A stretch of DNA of 64,000 nucleotides, taken from assembly GCA_965242695.1 (NCBI GenBank), contig CBDESU010000001.1, positions 1,792,001 through 1,856,000 of the forward strand. The letters are read 5' to 3'. The notes under the pieces were generated by a model. That model was not told the origin of the DNA. It did no database searches and saw only the letters and a program-made list of their open reading frames with translations. The stretch is from Cenarchaeum sp. Its GTDB lineage: Archaea > Thermoproteota > Nitrososphaeria > Nitrososphaerales > Nitrosopumilaceae. The position numbers and the translations under genes were made by a program. Shown piece after piece: positions 31,901 to 39,771 of this stretch. The first letter of the stretch is position 1; each line of letters opens with the position of its first letter.

Positions 31901-33623
31901 CGTGCCGGGCCGTCCCGTTGCCCTCAAGTCCCGTCACGGCGCCGCTGCCGCCAGGCGACAGAACTATGCCTCCCCTGAACGCCGCAAGGGATGCGTTTAC
32001 CGGCTCGGTGTAGTTGATCACAGCGCGGCCGGGGCCCGTGATGGTCAGCGACTCTGCCTCGGGCGGTATGCCGTCGAGCAGGGGGATGTCAAAGCTGGCC
32101 AGCGCGTTGCCGGCCAGGTCGGCGACACCTCCGCGCGAGGCGTTGTACGCCAGCCGGAGCCCGTCGGTGTCGGTGCCCGGCAGGCCGTCCCCGTCCAGTG
32201 CGATATCCAGACCGGTCGTGCGAGGGGTGTCGACGGCCGAGACCGCGGTCGCGGCGTACCGCTCGCCGCCGGTTCCCGTGACGATCCAGCCCATCCCGTC
32301 CGCCCTTGACGAGGTGACGTTGTCGTCAAAGGAGACCCTCACCGTACTATTCGATACGGCCACTGCCGCGGTCGCGCCCGGTGCGACGGTGTCGATCGCC
32401 ACGCCCGAGGCGGCAAGCGACCTGCTCCCGCCCGGCGGGGGCAGTGCAAGCTCGGCATCGATGTCCACCCCGTCCTTGATCGATATCCCGTTGAGTTTCA
32501 GGGAGTTGGGCCGGGCGTAGTCCAGGGCCGCGGTGTCGTCGCCGCTGCGCACCGTGTACAGGAACCGCAGGTTGGGCGTCGACGTGCCGTCGTCAGGGAC
32601 GTACGTAGCGCGCGCCTGCGGGTGGCCCACCGCGAGCTCTAGGAGCGGGCTTCCGTCTACGCTGACCGGCTCGCTCATCGTGACTGTGATGTAGATTTGG
32701 GTGCCGGCAGGGTGCGGGCCCGCCGTTGCGTCGGACGCGACGCGCAGTACGGTCGGGGCGACGCCGTCGACGACTACGGCGCCCTGCGCCGAGAGCGACC
32801 CCGTATCGCCTGGCTCGGGCAGCAGGCAGTTGAATGCCCTTATGTCGGCCTTTGCGGTGGCGTTGTTGAGTAGGTTCTGCCTCTCCTCGCTGTTGTACCA
32901 GTACAGCGAGCTGTTCCCCGCATAGTCCAGGTCGTCCGACGCATCACCACTCTCTACAGTGTAGACGTAGTCTATGTAGTGACCCCATCCGCCCCTGCCT
33001 TCCGGGCCGTTCTCGTGCGACAGATAGAGGGCAAACCGCTCGGGGCCGCCCACATCCAGCTTTAGGCTCGTCTGGTCCAGATCCTGCACGCCCTCGTTGT
33101 GCCCGAACGGATCTTCGCCCTCGACCCTGATCAAGATCTTCTTGCCCGGTCCGTACGTGTCGTCCGTCGAATTGAACGATATGCGCACCCCGGCGAGTCC
33201 CGAGGTGTCTTCGGGCAGGGTGCAGGCCTCGTAGATTATGCCGCCGCCCTCCTTGGGAACGCCGTCGCCATTGCCGTTGTCCTTGTCGTCCTTGTCGTCG
33301 GCCGCATGGGCCGCCGGCAGCAGAATGTAGGGGTGCGGCGATGCAGGGACGGCGGCGCCCTGCTGAGGGGCGTGCGGCTGCCACGGCCATTCGTCGTGCC
33401 AAGAGTCCGGAGGCAAAAGCGCCGCAGGCGCTAGCGCCAGGGAGGCCGCGAGGACGGCCACGCAGGCTGCAAGCGGGGCTGCCGCAGGGCGGCGGCGCAG
33501 AGAAGAGGTGGCGCCGCGTTCCGTCTGCTCGCCTGCGCAGCCGGCGGGAGGCGGATGCCGGCCCGCCTGCGCCGCGCGTCCGCGCGGTCCGGCCGCGGGG
33601 CAGGGTTCGCGTACGCGGCTCAT
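19956..33623 (-). CDS. Giant cell-surface protein (4555 aa), tandem Ig-like/SwmB-like domains, CFI-box-CTERM anchor
   Basis: Signal-like hydrophobic segment, dozens of units delimited by DG(Q/I)xP with YSEPV and DxAGN motifs, GCLIATAAHGTELAPQVQ; C-terminus homologous to 2268..8702. Confidence 0.93.
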   Translation of the reverse strand: MSRVREPCPAAGPRGRAAQAGRHPPPAGCAGEQTERGATSSLRRRPAAAPLAACVAVLAASLALAPAALLPPDSWHDEWPWQPHAPQQGAAVPASPHPYILLPAAHAADDKDDKDNGNGDGVPKEGGGIIYEACTLPEDTSGLAGVRISFNSTDDTYGPGKKILIRVEGEDPFGHNEGVQDLDQTSLKLDVGGPERFALYLSHENGPEGRGGWGHYIDYVYTVESGDASDDLDYAGNSSLYWYNSEERQNLLNNATAKADIRAFNCLLPEPGDTGSLSAQGAVVVDGVAPTVLRVASDATAGPHPAGTQIYITVTMSEPVSVDGSPLLELAVGHPQARATYVPDDGTSTPNLRFLYTVRSGDDTAALDYARPNSLKLNGISIKDGVDIDAELALPPPGGSRSLAASGVAIDTVAPGATAAVAVSNSTVRVSFDDNVTSSRADGMGWIVTGTGGERYAATAVSAVDTPRTTGLDIALDGDGLPGTDTDGLRLAYNASRGGVADLAGNALASFDIPLLDGIPPEAESLTITGPGRAVINYTEPVNASLAAFRGGIVLSPGGSGAVTGLEGNGTARHAILFGGGDAANATGTLTIDGTLITDASSNRMDNRTSFTLQVADGQYPSVVGAAAVRSEGLRDTIRVVLSEPVMDADAGLGIRGDGWSVSGGEAGDLVVDTRRAIGEGSNVVTLRLNGSLPDDSPSGILLSYEAAGDHPVADASGNALAPVRSLGVSDGIAPRMLSASLTDDREVTVTYSEPVDAPREAYANVTLAGGTTHLVSSVADNDTAVHVLALAGEAAVPRGSRGNVTINASAVLDHAVPPNRLGDGYLTGTVLDDRSVSIISSKVTGPRSVTVQFNASAVQLEYATLHVEGIDRAIGPGGYTGGGTSEHVVRFDDPVATPSATGWFTIDPRGIFVGPMNLTLGDGQNPSVAGARATSLNEIRVAFDEPVTGSGISGPGGWTILGGDYNSRAVDRRSDISTASTELVLTLDGGLLDDSPQGITLAYDRNLDSIADATAGNPMLDVSTAVADAIVPRLLDANMTGGNNFTVYYSENVTAPLDAYDILPAGETARNADRIEGNGTSAHTVVFPGTAIPHGAPASAVIDENKVRDVASSPNPLGVATARSEALVEARSLSAPSAEIISPTQVRITYATAASTSYGTLTIGGTSTGSFSVTGNHTATHTITHSIADVLPSADGSIVINPGTPHQIDRPLTDGQKPTIVGARATSLNEIRVTFDEPVVEPDASGPGGWTISGGDSNSRAVSSRSGISAASAELVLALDGGLLDDSPQGITLAYAPPPMGGIPDEAGNRLAAASMTVADAIVPRLLEANMTGGNNFTVYYSENVTAPTAAYKIRLDGGSERDADSLAGNGTSAHTVVFPGTAIPHGAPASAVIDENKVRDVASSPNPLGGATARSEALVEARSLSAPSAEIISPTQVRITYATAASTSYGTLTIGGTSTGSFTVAGNHTATHTITHSIADVLPSADGSIVINPGTPHQIDRPLTDGQKPTIVGARATSLNEIRVTFDEPVVEPDASGPGGWTISGGDSNSRAVSSRSGISAASAELVLALDGGLLDDSPQGITLAYAPPPMGGIPDEAGNRLAAASMTVADAIVPRLLEANMTGGNNFTVYYSENVTAPLDAYDILPAGETARNADRIEGNGTSAHTVMFPGTAIPHGAPASAVIDENKVRDVASSPNPLGVATARSEALVEARSLSAPSAEIISPTQVRITYATAASTSYGTLTIGGTSTGSFTVAGNHTATHTITHSIADVLPSADGSIVINPGTPHQIDRPLTDGQKPTIVGARATSLNEIRVTFDEPVVEPDASGPGGWTISGGDSNSRAVSSRSGISAASAELVLALDGGLLDDSPQGITLAYAPPPMGGIPDEAGNRLAAASMTVADAIVPRLLEANMTGGNNFTVYYSENVTAPTAAYKIRLDGGSERDADSLAGNGTSAHTVMFPGTAIPHGAPASAVIDENKVRDVASSPNPLGGATARSEALAEVRTLSVLSAEIISPTQVRITYATAASTSYGTLTIGGTSTGSFTVAGNHTATHTITHSIADVLPNATGLIVVNPGTPHQIDRPLTDGQKPTIVGARATSLNEIRVTFDEPVVEPDASGPGGWTISGGDSNSRAVSSRSGISAASAELVLALDGGLLDDSPQGITLAYAPPPMGGIPDEAGNRLAAASMTVADAIVPRLLEANMTGGNNFTVYYSENVTAPTAAYKIRLDGGSERDADSLAGNGTSAHTVMFPGTAIPHGAPASAVIDENKVRDVASSPNPLGGATARSEALAEVRTLSVLSAEIISPTQVRITYATAASTSYGTLTIGGTSTGSFTVAGNHTATHTITHSIADVLPNATGLIVVNPGTPHQIDRPLTDGQKPTIVGARATSLSEIRVTFSEPVVEPDASGPGGWTISGGDSNSRAVSSRSGISAASTELVLALDGGLLDDSPQGITLAYAPPPMGGIPDEAGNRLAAASMTVADAIAPRLLGANMTGGNSLDVYYSEPVALDQNAYTALALDSYGHRAPVLQGTGPHSTHTLTFANPADATNVTGTLTVNQKRLVDESGNAAGGTESLGQQVKDGQPPAIAAAAAVSRDRIEVTFTETVSAAWSASDAGGWTATGTGGPQVSSRSDISGAGSHVLELGLSGNLSSDNPSGIKLSYGDDGTATVRDAAGIALPDVPQRAVGDGIAPRILSAEVVDEFKIEILYSEPVGRNVAAYGTLDLGPDGPRAPIGVAGIGASSLHTVTFGGDEAAADNATGTLIVNQTGLEDVSGNALGGNASSREMVADGQRPEIKSSAVTGSNNITVQYSEPVAAPLSAYRSLTLTSHETSLSSAHAIRNFTGNSTHVHVIGFDTAAPNNVAGTLTINATAVLDLAGGQNSLARDDPLRQDIYDDRAPTIVSARVTGSGEAVIEYSRPAFAPLSAYQAIVVDGIGRAPSAPPDDWNGTRFHTLSLDPAGAAPNATGSILIDGPAVVDADDRPFGLAPVNRTLADGQEPGVIGATALSRTQIRVAFDEPVRDASDAGGSGGWRVDGRDAGGSTVASRSDLSSPLPALVLTLDGGLNGTLPSADLSYGDGLIEDAAGNALGRVSARTIADGIPPEPVSASLVAGNSLTVAYSEPVVWESGAYTSLDLSAGGSPEPGDPVESGASDTHTVGFGSPAASTGENGTLAVDGSRIADEAGNAMGAPRRVAVADGQRPAVESARITGGSVLTIVYSEPVARDPDAYGMLDLAAGGPRAPSGPEGGGFSAVHSLTFGEPAAAANATGMLAVDRERLLDRAGIALGTGDAELALADGQRPEIVLSAFMWNDTVEVRYSEPVAAGPSAYSGLAVDTVDAPPVITRFEGNNTALHVVGLDSAIPVHASGTIVVDETAVLDLAGGRNALGENATSVRALFDGRSPTIVSARVAGPGTVEIEYSRPASAPPSAYHSLVVDGAPRTVLQESGWSDARTHELAFAPETNATDATGTISVDGPSVADQDGRQLAPGAVSRALADGQPPMIDSAAAVSRTELRVNFSEAVVDGGGAGGAGGWHVGGADAAAASAVASMSAVSEAALALVLDGSLADTLPDEVVLSYAGGAVRDASGNELGPATVRDIADGIAPEVERAAITGGSSATVWYTEPVLASADPPAYSSLELEPGGPRTIESFTEGLAREHGIGFGGAPAPLRTAGSVAIDLSLVGDGAGNAAGAGVLEQGLADGQGPPARVRATASAAFASPSTVVVEYSAALGLPPSAGARPAYGAVAVASEGASRPSVRDVVSEEGIGTAVHTVRFGGAPVGAGQGGSIEVSFDLEAAIAADGTQVWFPNGTLPVGPGERFSTVVVPPSDPERIVEVGVDTFARTVNATGAGDAARPAINVTGLVQVRPPAAPPGGGAPGAGAGAGSGNGTAVFPGDAEVRIITSFAEVSFPPNATASYVPADGRIELYVSGEGLPRGRVAEALGLDPARLELGLLVEVGDPDAHIVFDLPVRIRLTGQAGGSAFYVNATSGAVVPIGTMCAADGTAPVHAQLGGAGECQIDLDEAGDKVVYTYHLTLFGTARAADAPVDSPPARPPAVQPPAVVVVPPAAGPSGAAPAPPAAPFLGGGGGAPGGGSSGGGVGIGGGRGGGGGGSPLPAGPSAVVLHSAAWDCSDGTMRIVVGAGESEPAVTVLSSGGSAVAERAALQGAPGLAVYEAPLPDDSILSIRAVSADGRVVSTASEVVRTGGACAGEAVFEQLGAGAGSGGGAGTGPRPDGDAGAAGPLDSPGAVPEAEPAATAPGGAAPGSDATPARQDPAPKSSADGRPAFEMEEGRGAVYYVKRYAEQADYREWFGTAHPQYADICEAVGAAQGCVEAHLEAAASAVDGADAGDGIVCRDGMALRDGRCVPDGAGGQGAQVRDGNAEPEPAAPGAGGAAGGGCLIATAAHGTELAPQVQALREYRDETLMSTGHGRAIMPAFSAAYYSFSPHVADMEREHPAVRQAVAALIAPLLYALQAAALADHGSDASVLAHGAAAALLAAGLYAGVPAAAGAGLAAVGAGAAMAARRRRRSGRRIQASR
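26095..30860. repeat. 876-bp (292-aa) tandem repeat, about 5 near-identical copies plus a diverged partial copy
   Basis: Same antisense ORFs recur at 26986, 27862, 28738, 29614 and 30490 (876-bp period). Confidence 0.95.
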
Positions 33624-33938
33624 CTAGTCCCCCGCCCCCCCCCCCCACCGATGCGCACAAGGCCCCCGTAGCATGCGTCGGGACAGTGCGCCTAGGTTCA
33701 TCTGGTCGGGGGCCGGTTTGGGGTGGCTCCCTTAAGCGTTGCGGATTGCGATCCGCGCCCGCGCGCAAAATGGCGGTAGATTCCGCCGCCCGCGCCCGGG
33801 GTGCGCGCCCGTCGAGCCGCTCCGCGCGCACAGGCTGCCTTTGCGGGCTCGCCCGCACCGGATACAGCGCCCCGCATGCGCGCCCCGCGCCGCAGCGCCG
33901 CCCGGCACGTATTTTAGGGCGGGTGGTGCGGCGCGGGC

Positions 33939-34373
33939 ATGGCAGGCGCGCCCATCAAGAGAATACTGGTGGCCCTTGACGGATCGCCCAACTCGAACAG
34001 GGCCCTCGACATGGCCGTGAGGGTGGCCGCGCCGGCAAGGGCGACCGTGGCCGGAATCGTCTCGGTGAGGATACGCCCGCGCGGCGAGGTCAGCCCCGGC
34101 AGGGCCGCCGACGAGTCCGACAGGGCGGCAGCCGAGGAGGTGCTCAAGAAGGCCGGCAAGAGGGCGTCAAAGGAGGGCGTCAAGTTCGTCCCGATTGTCC
34201 GCCAGGGCGACACGGGCTACAACATCATAAAGGCGGCCCACTCGAAGAGCGAGCCGTGCGACATGGTCGTAATCGGCTCGAGGGGCCACGGCTCGCTCAA
34301 GCAGGCGTTCTTTGGCAGCACGTCCAACCACGTCGTCCACTCGGCCGCCATACCCGTGCTGGTCGTAAAGTAG
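33939..34373 (+). CDS. Universal stress protein (UspA family)
   Basis: IKRILVALDGS...DMVVIGSRGHG...FGSTSNHVV...PVLVVK. Confidence 0.95.
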   Translation: MAGAPIKRILVALDGSPNSNRALDMAVRVAAPARATVAGIVSVRIRPRGEVSPGRAADESDRAAAEEVLKKAGKRASKEGVKFVPIVRQGDTGYNIIKAAHSKSEPCDMVVIGSRGHGSLKQAFFGSTSNHVVHSAAIPVLVVK

Positions 34374-34400
34374 GCAGGTTCCGCCGCAGGCGGCGCGCCG

Positions 34401-34859
34401 TCAGCACCGGACGCCGTTCTTTTCAAAGTACCTCTGGTGGTACTCTTCGGCCCTGTAGAACGCCGGCGCGTCTACTATCTGCGTCACGATCGGCGCCGAA
34501 AACCGGCCCGACTCGGCGGCCGCCCTGGCCGACTCGCGCGCGATCCTCTCCTGCTCGGCGCTGTGGCAGAATATGACGGACCGGTACTGCGTGCCGACGT
34601 CCGGCCCCTGGCGGTTCGGCGTCGTCGGGTCGTGGCCGCCCCAGAACACCTCTAGCAGCCTGCCGTACGAGACGCGCTCGGGGTCGTACTCGACCTGGAC
34701 GGCCTCTGCGTGGCCCGTCCTGTCCGTGCAGACCTGCTCGTACGTCGGGTCCTCGAGGGCCCCGCCCGCGTACCCGACGCTCGTGCCCGTCACGCCCGGC
34801 ACCCGGGCAAACATGGCCTCGACGTGCCAAAAGCACCCCGCCCCGAACGTGGCCTTCAC
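34401..34859 (-). CDS. msrA: Peptide-methionine (S)-S-oxide reductase
   Basis: GAGCFW, TGHAEAV, QGPDVGTQYRS, AEEYHQRY; GTG start at 34859. Confidence 0.95.
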   Translation of the reverse strand: MKATFGAGCFWHVEAMFARVPGVTGTSVGYAGGALEDPTYEQVCTDRTGHAEAVQVEYDPERVSYGRLLEVFWGGHDPTTPNRQGPDVGTQYRSVIFCHSAEQERIARESARAAAESGRFSAPIVTQIVDAPAFYRAEEYHQRYFEKNGVRC

Positions 34860-34991
34860 GGGCGGGCGGCGGCGGGGGGGCGGTATAACCGTTGGCGGCG
34901 GCGCCCCGACGGTGCGCGGGACGGCATGGGCAATGATCATATATGCAACAGCGGTGCGGCCGGCGTGATCTAACCCACGGATGGCAATACA

Positions 34992-36230
34992 ATGACATTC
35001 CTAGCAGGCCCAATCGTGTCCGACCGCACGACCCCTGCACCTGCCGAAAGAGAGGGAGGCGGCAAGGTGGGCGCTGCGCGGAAAGAGCGTGGCCGCGGCA
35101 TTGCCGACATGGCCATCCTGACCATATACGGCATCCTGCAGCACCAATACGGGAGGCACGACGACGCCCTCGAGTCGTGCAGTGCAGTGGCGCGGGCGTG
35201 CCCCGGGTACCCGCCGACGCATGCGGGGCGCGCCCGGGCGCTGGTCGGACTGGGACGGCCCGACGAGGCGCTCCACGCATTCTGCGATGCCATCGCATGC
35301 GATCCCGGCTGCGCGCCGGCGCATGCGGACTATGCACTAGCGGTGACGCGGATGGGATGCTACGAGGATGCCGTTGCCGCGTACGGCGAGGCGATCCGGC
35401 TGGCGCCTGACCGCGGGGACGTCCATGCGGGTCACGCCTTTGCGCTTGCCGGCGCAGGGCGCCTCGGGGACGCGCTGGCCGCATGCGAAAAGGCCGTCCG
35501 GCTGGAACCAGAGTCGGCCCTAGCGTATGCCGCGCACGGGAGGGTCTTGGCCGGCATGGGGCGCCCCTCCGATGCGCTGTCCGCCTTTGACCGCGCCGCC
35601 GGACTGGACGCAGGATCTGCATCGGCGCATGCGGGGCGCGGCCTGGCCCTCGAGTCCCTCGGCCGCCACGCAGAGGCGCTGTCCGCCTACGGGCGGGCCG
35701 TTCGGCTCGACCCCGCATCGGCATCGGCGCATGCGGGGCGCGGCCTGGCCCTCGAGTCCCTCGGCCGCCACGCAGAGGCGCTGTCCGCCTACGGGCGGGC
35801 GATCGACATCGACAGGTACCACGAGCTGGCCCTGGCTGGCAGGGATCGAACAGGGCGCCGGTGTGCCCGCGGCAAGCCTAGCAGTTCCGGCCAGCGGGGA
35901 TTGGAGGTGTCCAAGGGCCGCGCCGGCGATCAGGTTCCAGGTTTCGCCCCGCCCGGGCGGCGCAGTGCATGCGCTGCGGGCATCGACCGCGCAATGGATC
36001 CCGACCAGGCATCCGCGCGCGGCTACATAGAGTACTGCCTGTCGCACGCGCCGCGCGCCGGCGGGCGCACTGGCAGTCCGCGCCAGGCCCCACTGACGAA
36101 GGAAGAGGCGGACAGCATTAGCGAGTCCGCATCCGGAAGCAAGGCCGTCGAGATGGATGGATCCGAGTTCGTCGATATGATCAGAGGGTGGGCGGGAACC
36201 GCAGAACGTTCGAGGTGCGACGGAGCGTGA
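34992..36230 (+). CDS. TPR protein with C-terminal antitoxin-like acidic tail
   Basis: About 7 TPRs (two near-identical 102-bp units); tail PLTKEEADSISES...EMDGSEFVDMIRGW directly before a RelE-like frame. Confidence 0.8.
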   Translation: MTFLAGPIVSDRTTPAPAEREGGGKVGAARKERGRGIADMAILTIYGILQHQYGRHDDALESCSAVARACPGYPPTHAGRARALVGLGRPDEALHAFCDAIACDPGCAPAHADYALAVTRMGCYEDAVAAYGEAIRLAPDRGDVHAGHAFALAGAGRLGDALAACEKAVRLEPESALAYAAHGRVLAGMGRPSDALSAFDRAAGLDAGSASAHAGRGLALESLGRHAEALSAYGRAVRLDPASASAHAGRGLALESLGRHAEALSAYGRAIDIDRYHELALAGRDRTGRRCARGKPSSSGQRGLEVSKGRAGDQVPGFAPPGRRSACAAGIDRAMDPDQASARGYIEYCLSHAPRAGGRTGSPRQAPLTKEEADSISESASGSKAVEMDGSEFVDMIRGWAGTAERSRCDGA

Positions 36231-36545
36231 GGGGGCATTCGCGGTCTGCGCACCGGCGGCAAGAGGTGGAGGGCCGCATACGATCCAAGATTTGAGCGCC
36301 GGTACCGCAGGCTGGATGGAAAAGTGGCAGACCGCGTTAGCAAGGCAATCGACGGCTTGCTCGAGTCGGAAAACGTCAGGGATGCCAGGGACTGCAAGGG
36401 AAGACTGAACGTCGACGGCGTGCCAACCCAAGCCTATGCATGCAGGGTCGGCAGATCGTACAGGATCTTGTACTCCGTCAACGGCGGCGCATACGCTTTC
36501 TGCAGGTCGGCGATCGCAAGACGGTGTACGGCAGGGGGCGACATG
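36227..36545 (+). pseudogene. RelE/ParE-family toxin, frameshifted
   Basis: WRAAYDPRFERRYRRLDGKVADRVSKAIDGLLES...YACRVGRSYRILYSVN, then shifted frame IRFLQVGDRKTVYG; GTG in the GTGA overlap is 1 nt out of frame at a G5 run; 3' end approximate. Confidence 0.72.
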
Positions 36546-36986
36546 GCATCGCAAGCCAGGCAGGGGCGCCGCAGGCGGCGGCATTCCCACAAGCCACGCG
36601 CACCGGCCGCCGCCTGCGCGGGCACGCCCCCCCCCCCCCCGCCGGCCTCTGGTGCACAAGGCAGCCTTCGCCCCGCCGTGCGCCGGCATGCGCGGCATCC
36701 CTGCCTCCGGCCGCCGTTCGATACCCGCTCTGCGGCGCAGAGCATGCCATTCGCAGGCGCGCGCCAGATCAGGCGGCGCCCTTGCCGCCCATGCCCCTTC
36801 TGCGGCCCCAGGGCGCGATCGCTGCGCTAACCATGGCAGGATGGAAGTCGACGCGGGGGCGCGCGGCTGCGCCGGCCCAGACTGCCCGCGCCGCAGGTTT
36901 CGCCCGTTCCGCGCGCCGGGCAAAGCCGGCCGCGCCATGCCAGCCGTTCCCGGGTACGATCCCCCCTGCGGCGCCGGCCGGGAGGG

Positions 36987-38120
36987 CTACTCCACCACCC
37001 GCACTAGGTCCCTGAGGTTCCGGCGCGCCTTGGGCGGCCTGTACTTTGCAGGGTGCCCAATGCACAGTATCGACGAGGGCCGCAGGTCGGTGCCGAGTAT
37101 GTCCATGACCTTTTGCTCGTCTAGCATGCCTATCCAGATCGAGCTGAGTCCGAGGGCCGAGGCGGCCAGCTGCGAGTACGCCGCGGCCAGCGTGGCGTCC
37201 TGGAGCGAGAACTTTTCGAGTACGCGCGGCTCGAAGCGCATCTTGACGCGCGACGGCTCCATGCAGAAGACGAGGACTACGGGCGCGTTGACGTACGGCT
37301 GGTTGTTGGCCGCCTCGGCCAGGGCTGCCTTTGCCCGCCCGCTGCGGACGTAGTAGACGCGGAACCCCTGGAAGTTGCCCGCCGTGGGGGCCGTGTCGGC
37401 CGCGGCGAGTATCTTGTCGACCATCCACTCGTCGACCTTTGCATCTGCAAAGCGGCGCGTCGAGCGGCGCCTTGCCATCACGTGGAACAGGTCGCGCGCC
37501 GGATCGGCCGGCGGCCGGCCGGATGCGCCGCCCGCGGCGGCCTGGGCGGCGGCCGGCGGCGCGGCGCCGACCATCCCCGGCGAGGCCGACAGGATGGCCT
37601 GGTGCAGGGCCAGGTCGGCGCCCTTTCCCCGCTGCGGCTTTTCGCCGGGCGCCCCGGCCGGCCCGCCGCGGCCCGGGGCGGGGGGCGGGGGGCCGGCGCC
37701 GCCATCTCCCGCTGTACCCCCTGCTGCCGCATCCCCCGGACCGGCGCCGGCGTCCCACGACGGCGACGGGTAGAACTCCTTGGACCTCACGTCGAGGCGC
37801 ATCGGCTCGTGGTCGACCTTTGCGTACTCTAGCACGCTCCGGCGCAGCTCGGGCGTGCCGGCCTCGAAGAGGCCGTCGCGGAGGGTGAACTGCGTCACGT
37901 CCGAGTTGACGATAATCTTGCTGGCGTGGTCCTCGAGGTCGACGTCGCCGGCGGCATCCCTCCTGAGCAGGTCGACGAGGGCATCTAGCTCGTCCCCGCC
38001 GAGTACGACCGCCCGCTCGCCGTGCAGTCCGCCGGCGCCGGCCTCGGGGCTGCGCCAGACGAGCCGGCAGCCGTCCTTCGACGTGTACGCCGGCTCGGCC
38101 CTGTCGAATACCATCGTCAT
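36987..38120 (-). CDS. Nitroreductase family protein with extra N-terminal domain
   Basis: RRRSTRRF, APTAGNFQ, LAASALGLSSIWIG, ILCIGHP. Confidence 0.9.
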   Translation of the reverse strand: MTMVFDRAEPAYTSKDGCRLVWRSPEAGAGGLHGERAVVLGGDELDALVDLLRRDAAGDVDLEDHASKIIVNSDVTQFTLRDGLFEAGTPELRRSVLEYAKVDHEPMRLDVRSKEFYPSPSWDAGAGPGDAAAGGTAGDGGAGPPPPAPGRGGPAGAPGEKPQRGKGADLALHQAILSASPGMVGAAPPAAAQAAAGGASGRPPADPARDLFHVMARRRSTRRFADAKVDEWMVDKILAAADTAPTAGNFQGFRVYYVRSGRAKAALAEAANNQPYVNAPVVLVFCMEPSRVKMRFEPRVLEKFSLQDATLAAAYSQLAASALGLSSIWIGMLDEQKVMDILGTDLRPSSILCIGHPAKYRPPKARRNLRDLVRVVE

Positions 38121-38212
38121 GCCGGCGGCCCCCGCCCCTGCGCAACCGCCGCAGCCTGAAGGCGCACGGGGCGGCCGCGGCCTAGGTGGTGATAAGTCTG
38201 CCGCAGGCGGCG

Positions 38213-38590
38213 CTACGACACGCCGGCGAACACGTCCACCACGGTGCTGGCCAGCTCCTCTATGTTAGACGACGGCTCGGCCGAGACGAGCAGCAGCACC
38301 CTTGTCAGCGGGAACGGAAAGCTCACCAGCACGGCCTTGTCGCGCCGCGCCGCCAGGTAGTTGATCGGGCCCAGGCTGTCGTCGTACTCGTTGCGTATGG
38401 ACACGCGCGAGACGAACTCCATGAACGACTTGAGGCGCGTCTCGTCGCCCTCTAGCGGCTCGATTCCGTCCCCAAAGCCGCCGGCAACCAGGCCGCCGTC
38501 GCCGTCGATGATTCCCGCAAACCGTATTCCATCAACGGCCAGCAGGCGCGCGCACCTGTCGGCGTATGCGGCGTCGGGGACTGCCTCCAC
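38213..38590 (-). CDS. Thaumarchaeal roadblock/profilin-like small protein (DUF6659-type)
   Basis: IRFAGIIDGDGGLVAGG...YDDSLGPINYLAARRDKAVLVSFP. Confidence 0.75.
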   Translation of the reverse strand: MEAVPDAAYADRCARLLAVDGIRFAGIIDGDGGLVAGGFGDGIEPLEGDETRLKSFMEFVSRVSIRNEYDDSLGPINYLAARRDKAVLVSFPFPLTRVLLLVSAEPSSNIEELASTVVDVFAGVS

Positions 38591-38723
38591 GGCCCGGCCA
38601 CGGCCGCCCCTCTCAAAAGCGTTTCCCCGGCGCGGCGCGGGGCGGGCAGTGCCCGCCCGGATGAGGCCGGCAGGGGCCGCATGGGAGCGGAGCCCGCGCG
38701 CAGGGCTGGCCGGGGCGGCGGCG

Positions 38724-38903
38724 CTACCGGCCAAACATGTCCTCCCTGCAATGGGGGCACTTTAGCCCGTGCGTTGGGCGGCCGCAGGTCGGGCAGTTGC
38801 TGTTGGCCCTGACCGCATCGTACGGGTGCGAGGTGAGCAGCTTGCGGACCAGCACGATCACGATGATGACCCCGATTGCGATCCCAATCCACACCAGCAC
38901 CAT
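38724..38903 (-). CDS. Small membrane-anchored C4 zinc-ribbon protein
   Basis: N-terminal TM helix then CPTC..CPHC; TTATTA box upstream. Confidence 0.7.
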   Translation of the reverse strand: MVLVWIGIAIGVIIVIVLVRKLLTSHPYDAVRANSNCPTCGRPTHGLKCPHCREDMFGR

Positions 38904-39275
38904 GGCGCCGCGGGCATGCCGGCCCAATAATAAGATGTCCAGGGCCGCTCCCGGATATTGGTCAGTGCCTGGAGTCTCCCAAGTAGGCGGGCAAAGGCGG
39001 TTCGGCGGCCACCCTCCTCCCCGTGCCGGGTCCCCTCCGTGCACGACGGCGGGACGGCCGGAGCGCAGGCGGCGGTCAGAGATCAGGCGGCCGGACGGCA
39101 GGCTCGCCCGCTTCGGAGCCGCGGCCACGCCGCAGCGGCGGCAGGCGGCGCGCTGGAGGCGCCCAGTCGCGACGGGCTCGCGGGCCCCAGGCGGAGCTGG
39201 AGGCGGCATCTCCCCCCACGCTCGCGGCAAAAACAAGCGCGGCGCGCGCCACGCGGCGCGCCCGCGCATCGGCAA

Positions 39276-39410
39276 CTACGGCAGGACGTCGCCCGACTCG
39301 TCGACACAGTGCTTGTGAACCCACTTGTCGGACGTGTCGCGGGCGATCTCCTTGCCCTGCTTGATGACGTCGCCGCATGCAGAGCACTGCGACGAAAACC
39401 TCGCCTTCAT
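39276..39410 (-). CDS. Small zinc-finger protein (44 aa)
   Basis: MKARFSSQCSACG...WVHKHC; ATTTAT box about 25 bp upstream. Confidence 0.72.
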   Translation of the reverse strand: MKARFSSQCSACGDVIKQGKEIARDTSDKWVHKHCVDESGDVLP

Positions 39411-39771
39411 TGCGCGGGGCGGGGGGCCGCCGCGATAAATTCCATCCGGTTGAAGGCGCGTTGACAACTTGTCAATGCGGGGCACACCAGGCAGGCGGCA
39501 TCCCAAGTCCGGCGGGGGCGCGGCGGCCCGGCATGCGGCCGGCCGACCAGCACGGGCGCATGCGTCGGCAGGGGCGCGGCGGCGGAGGCGCACCGGGAGG
39601 CGCCCGAACCCGCGCGCGCCGCCTCTGGCGCGCCCGGCTGGCGCGGCCCCCAGCGTCGACTGCGCCCCGGCCGCCCCGGACGCGCGCCTAGCCTGCCAGG
39701 GCCTGAGCGCGTACCCCCAAGCTGAACAATGTATAGGAACTGCTTATATCCACCGCGCAATCGGCCCCCCA

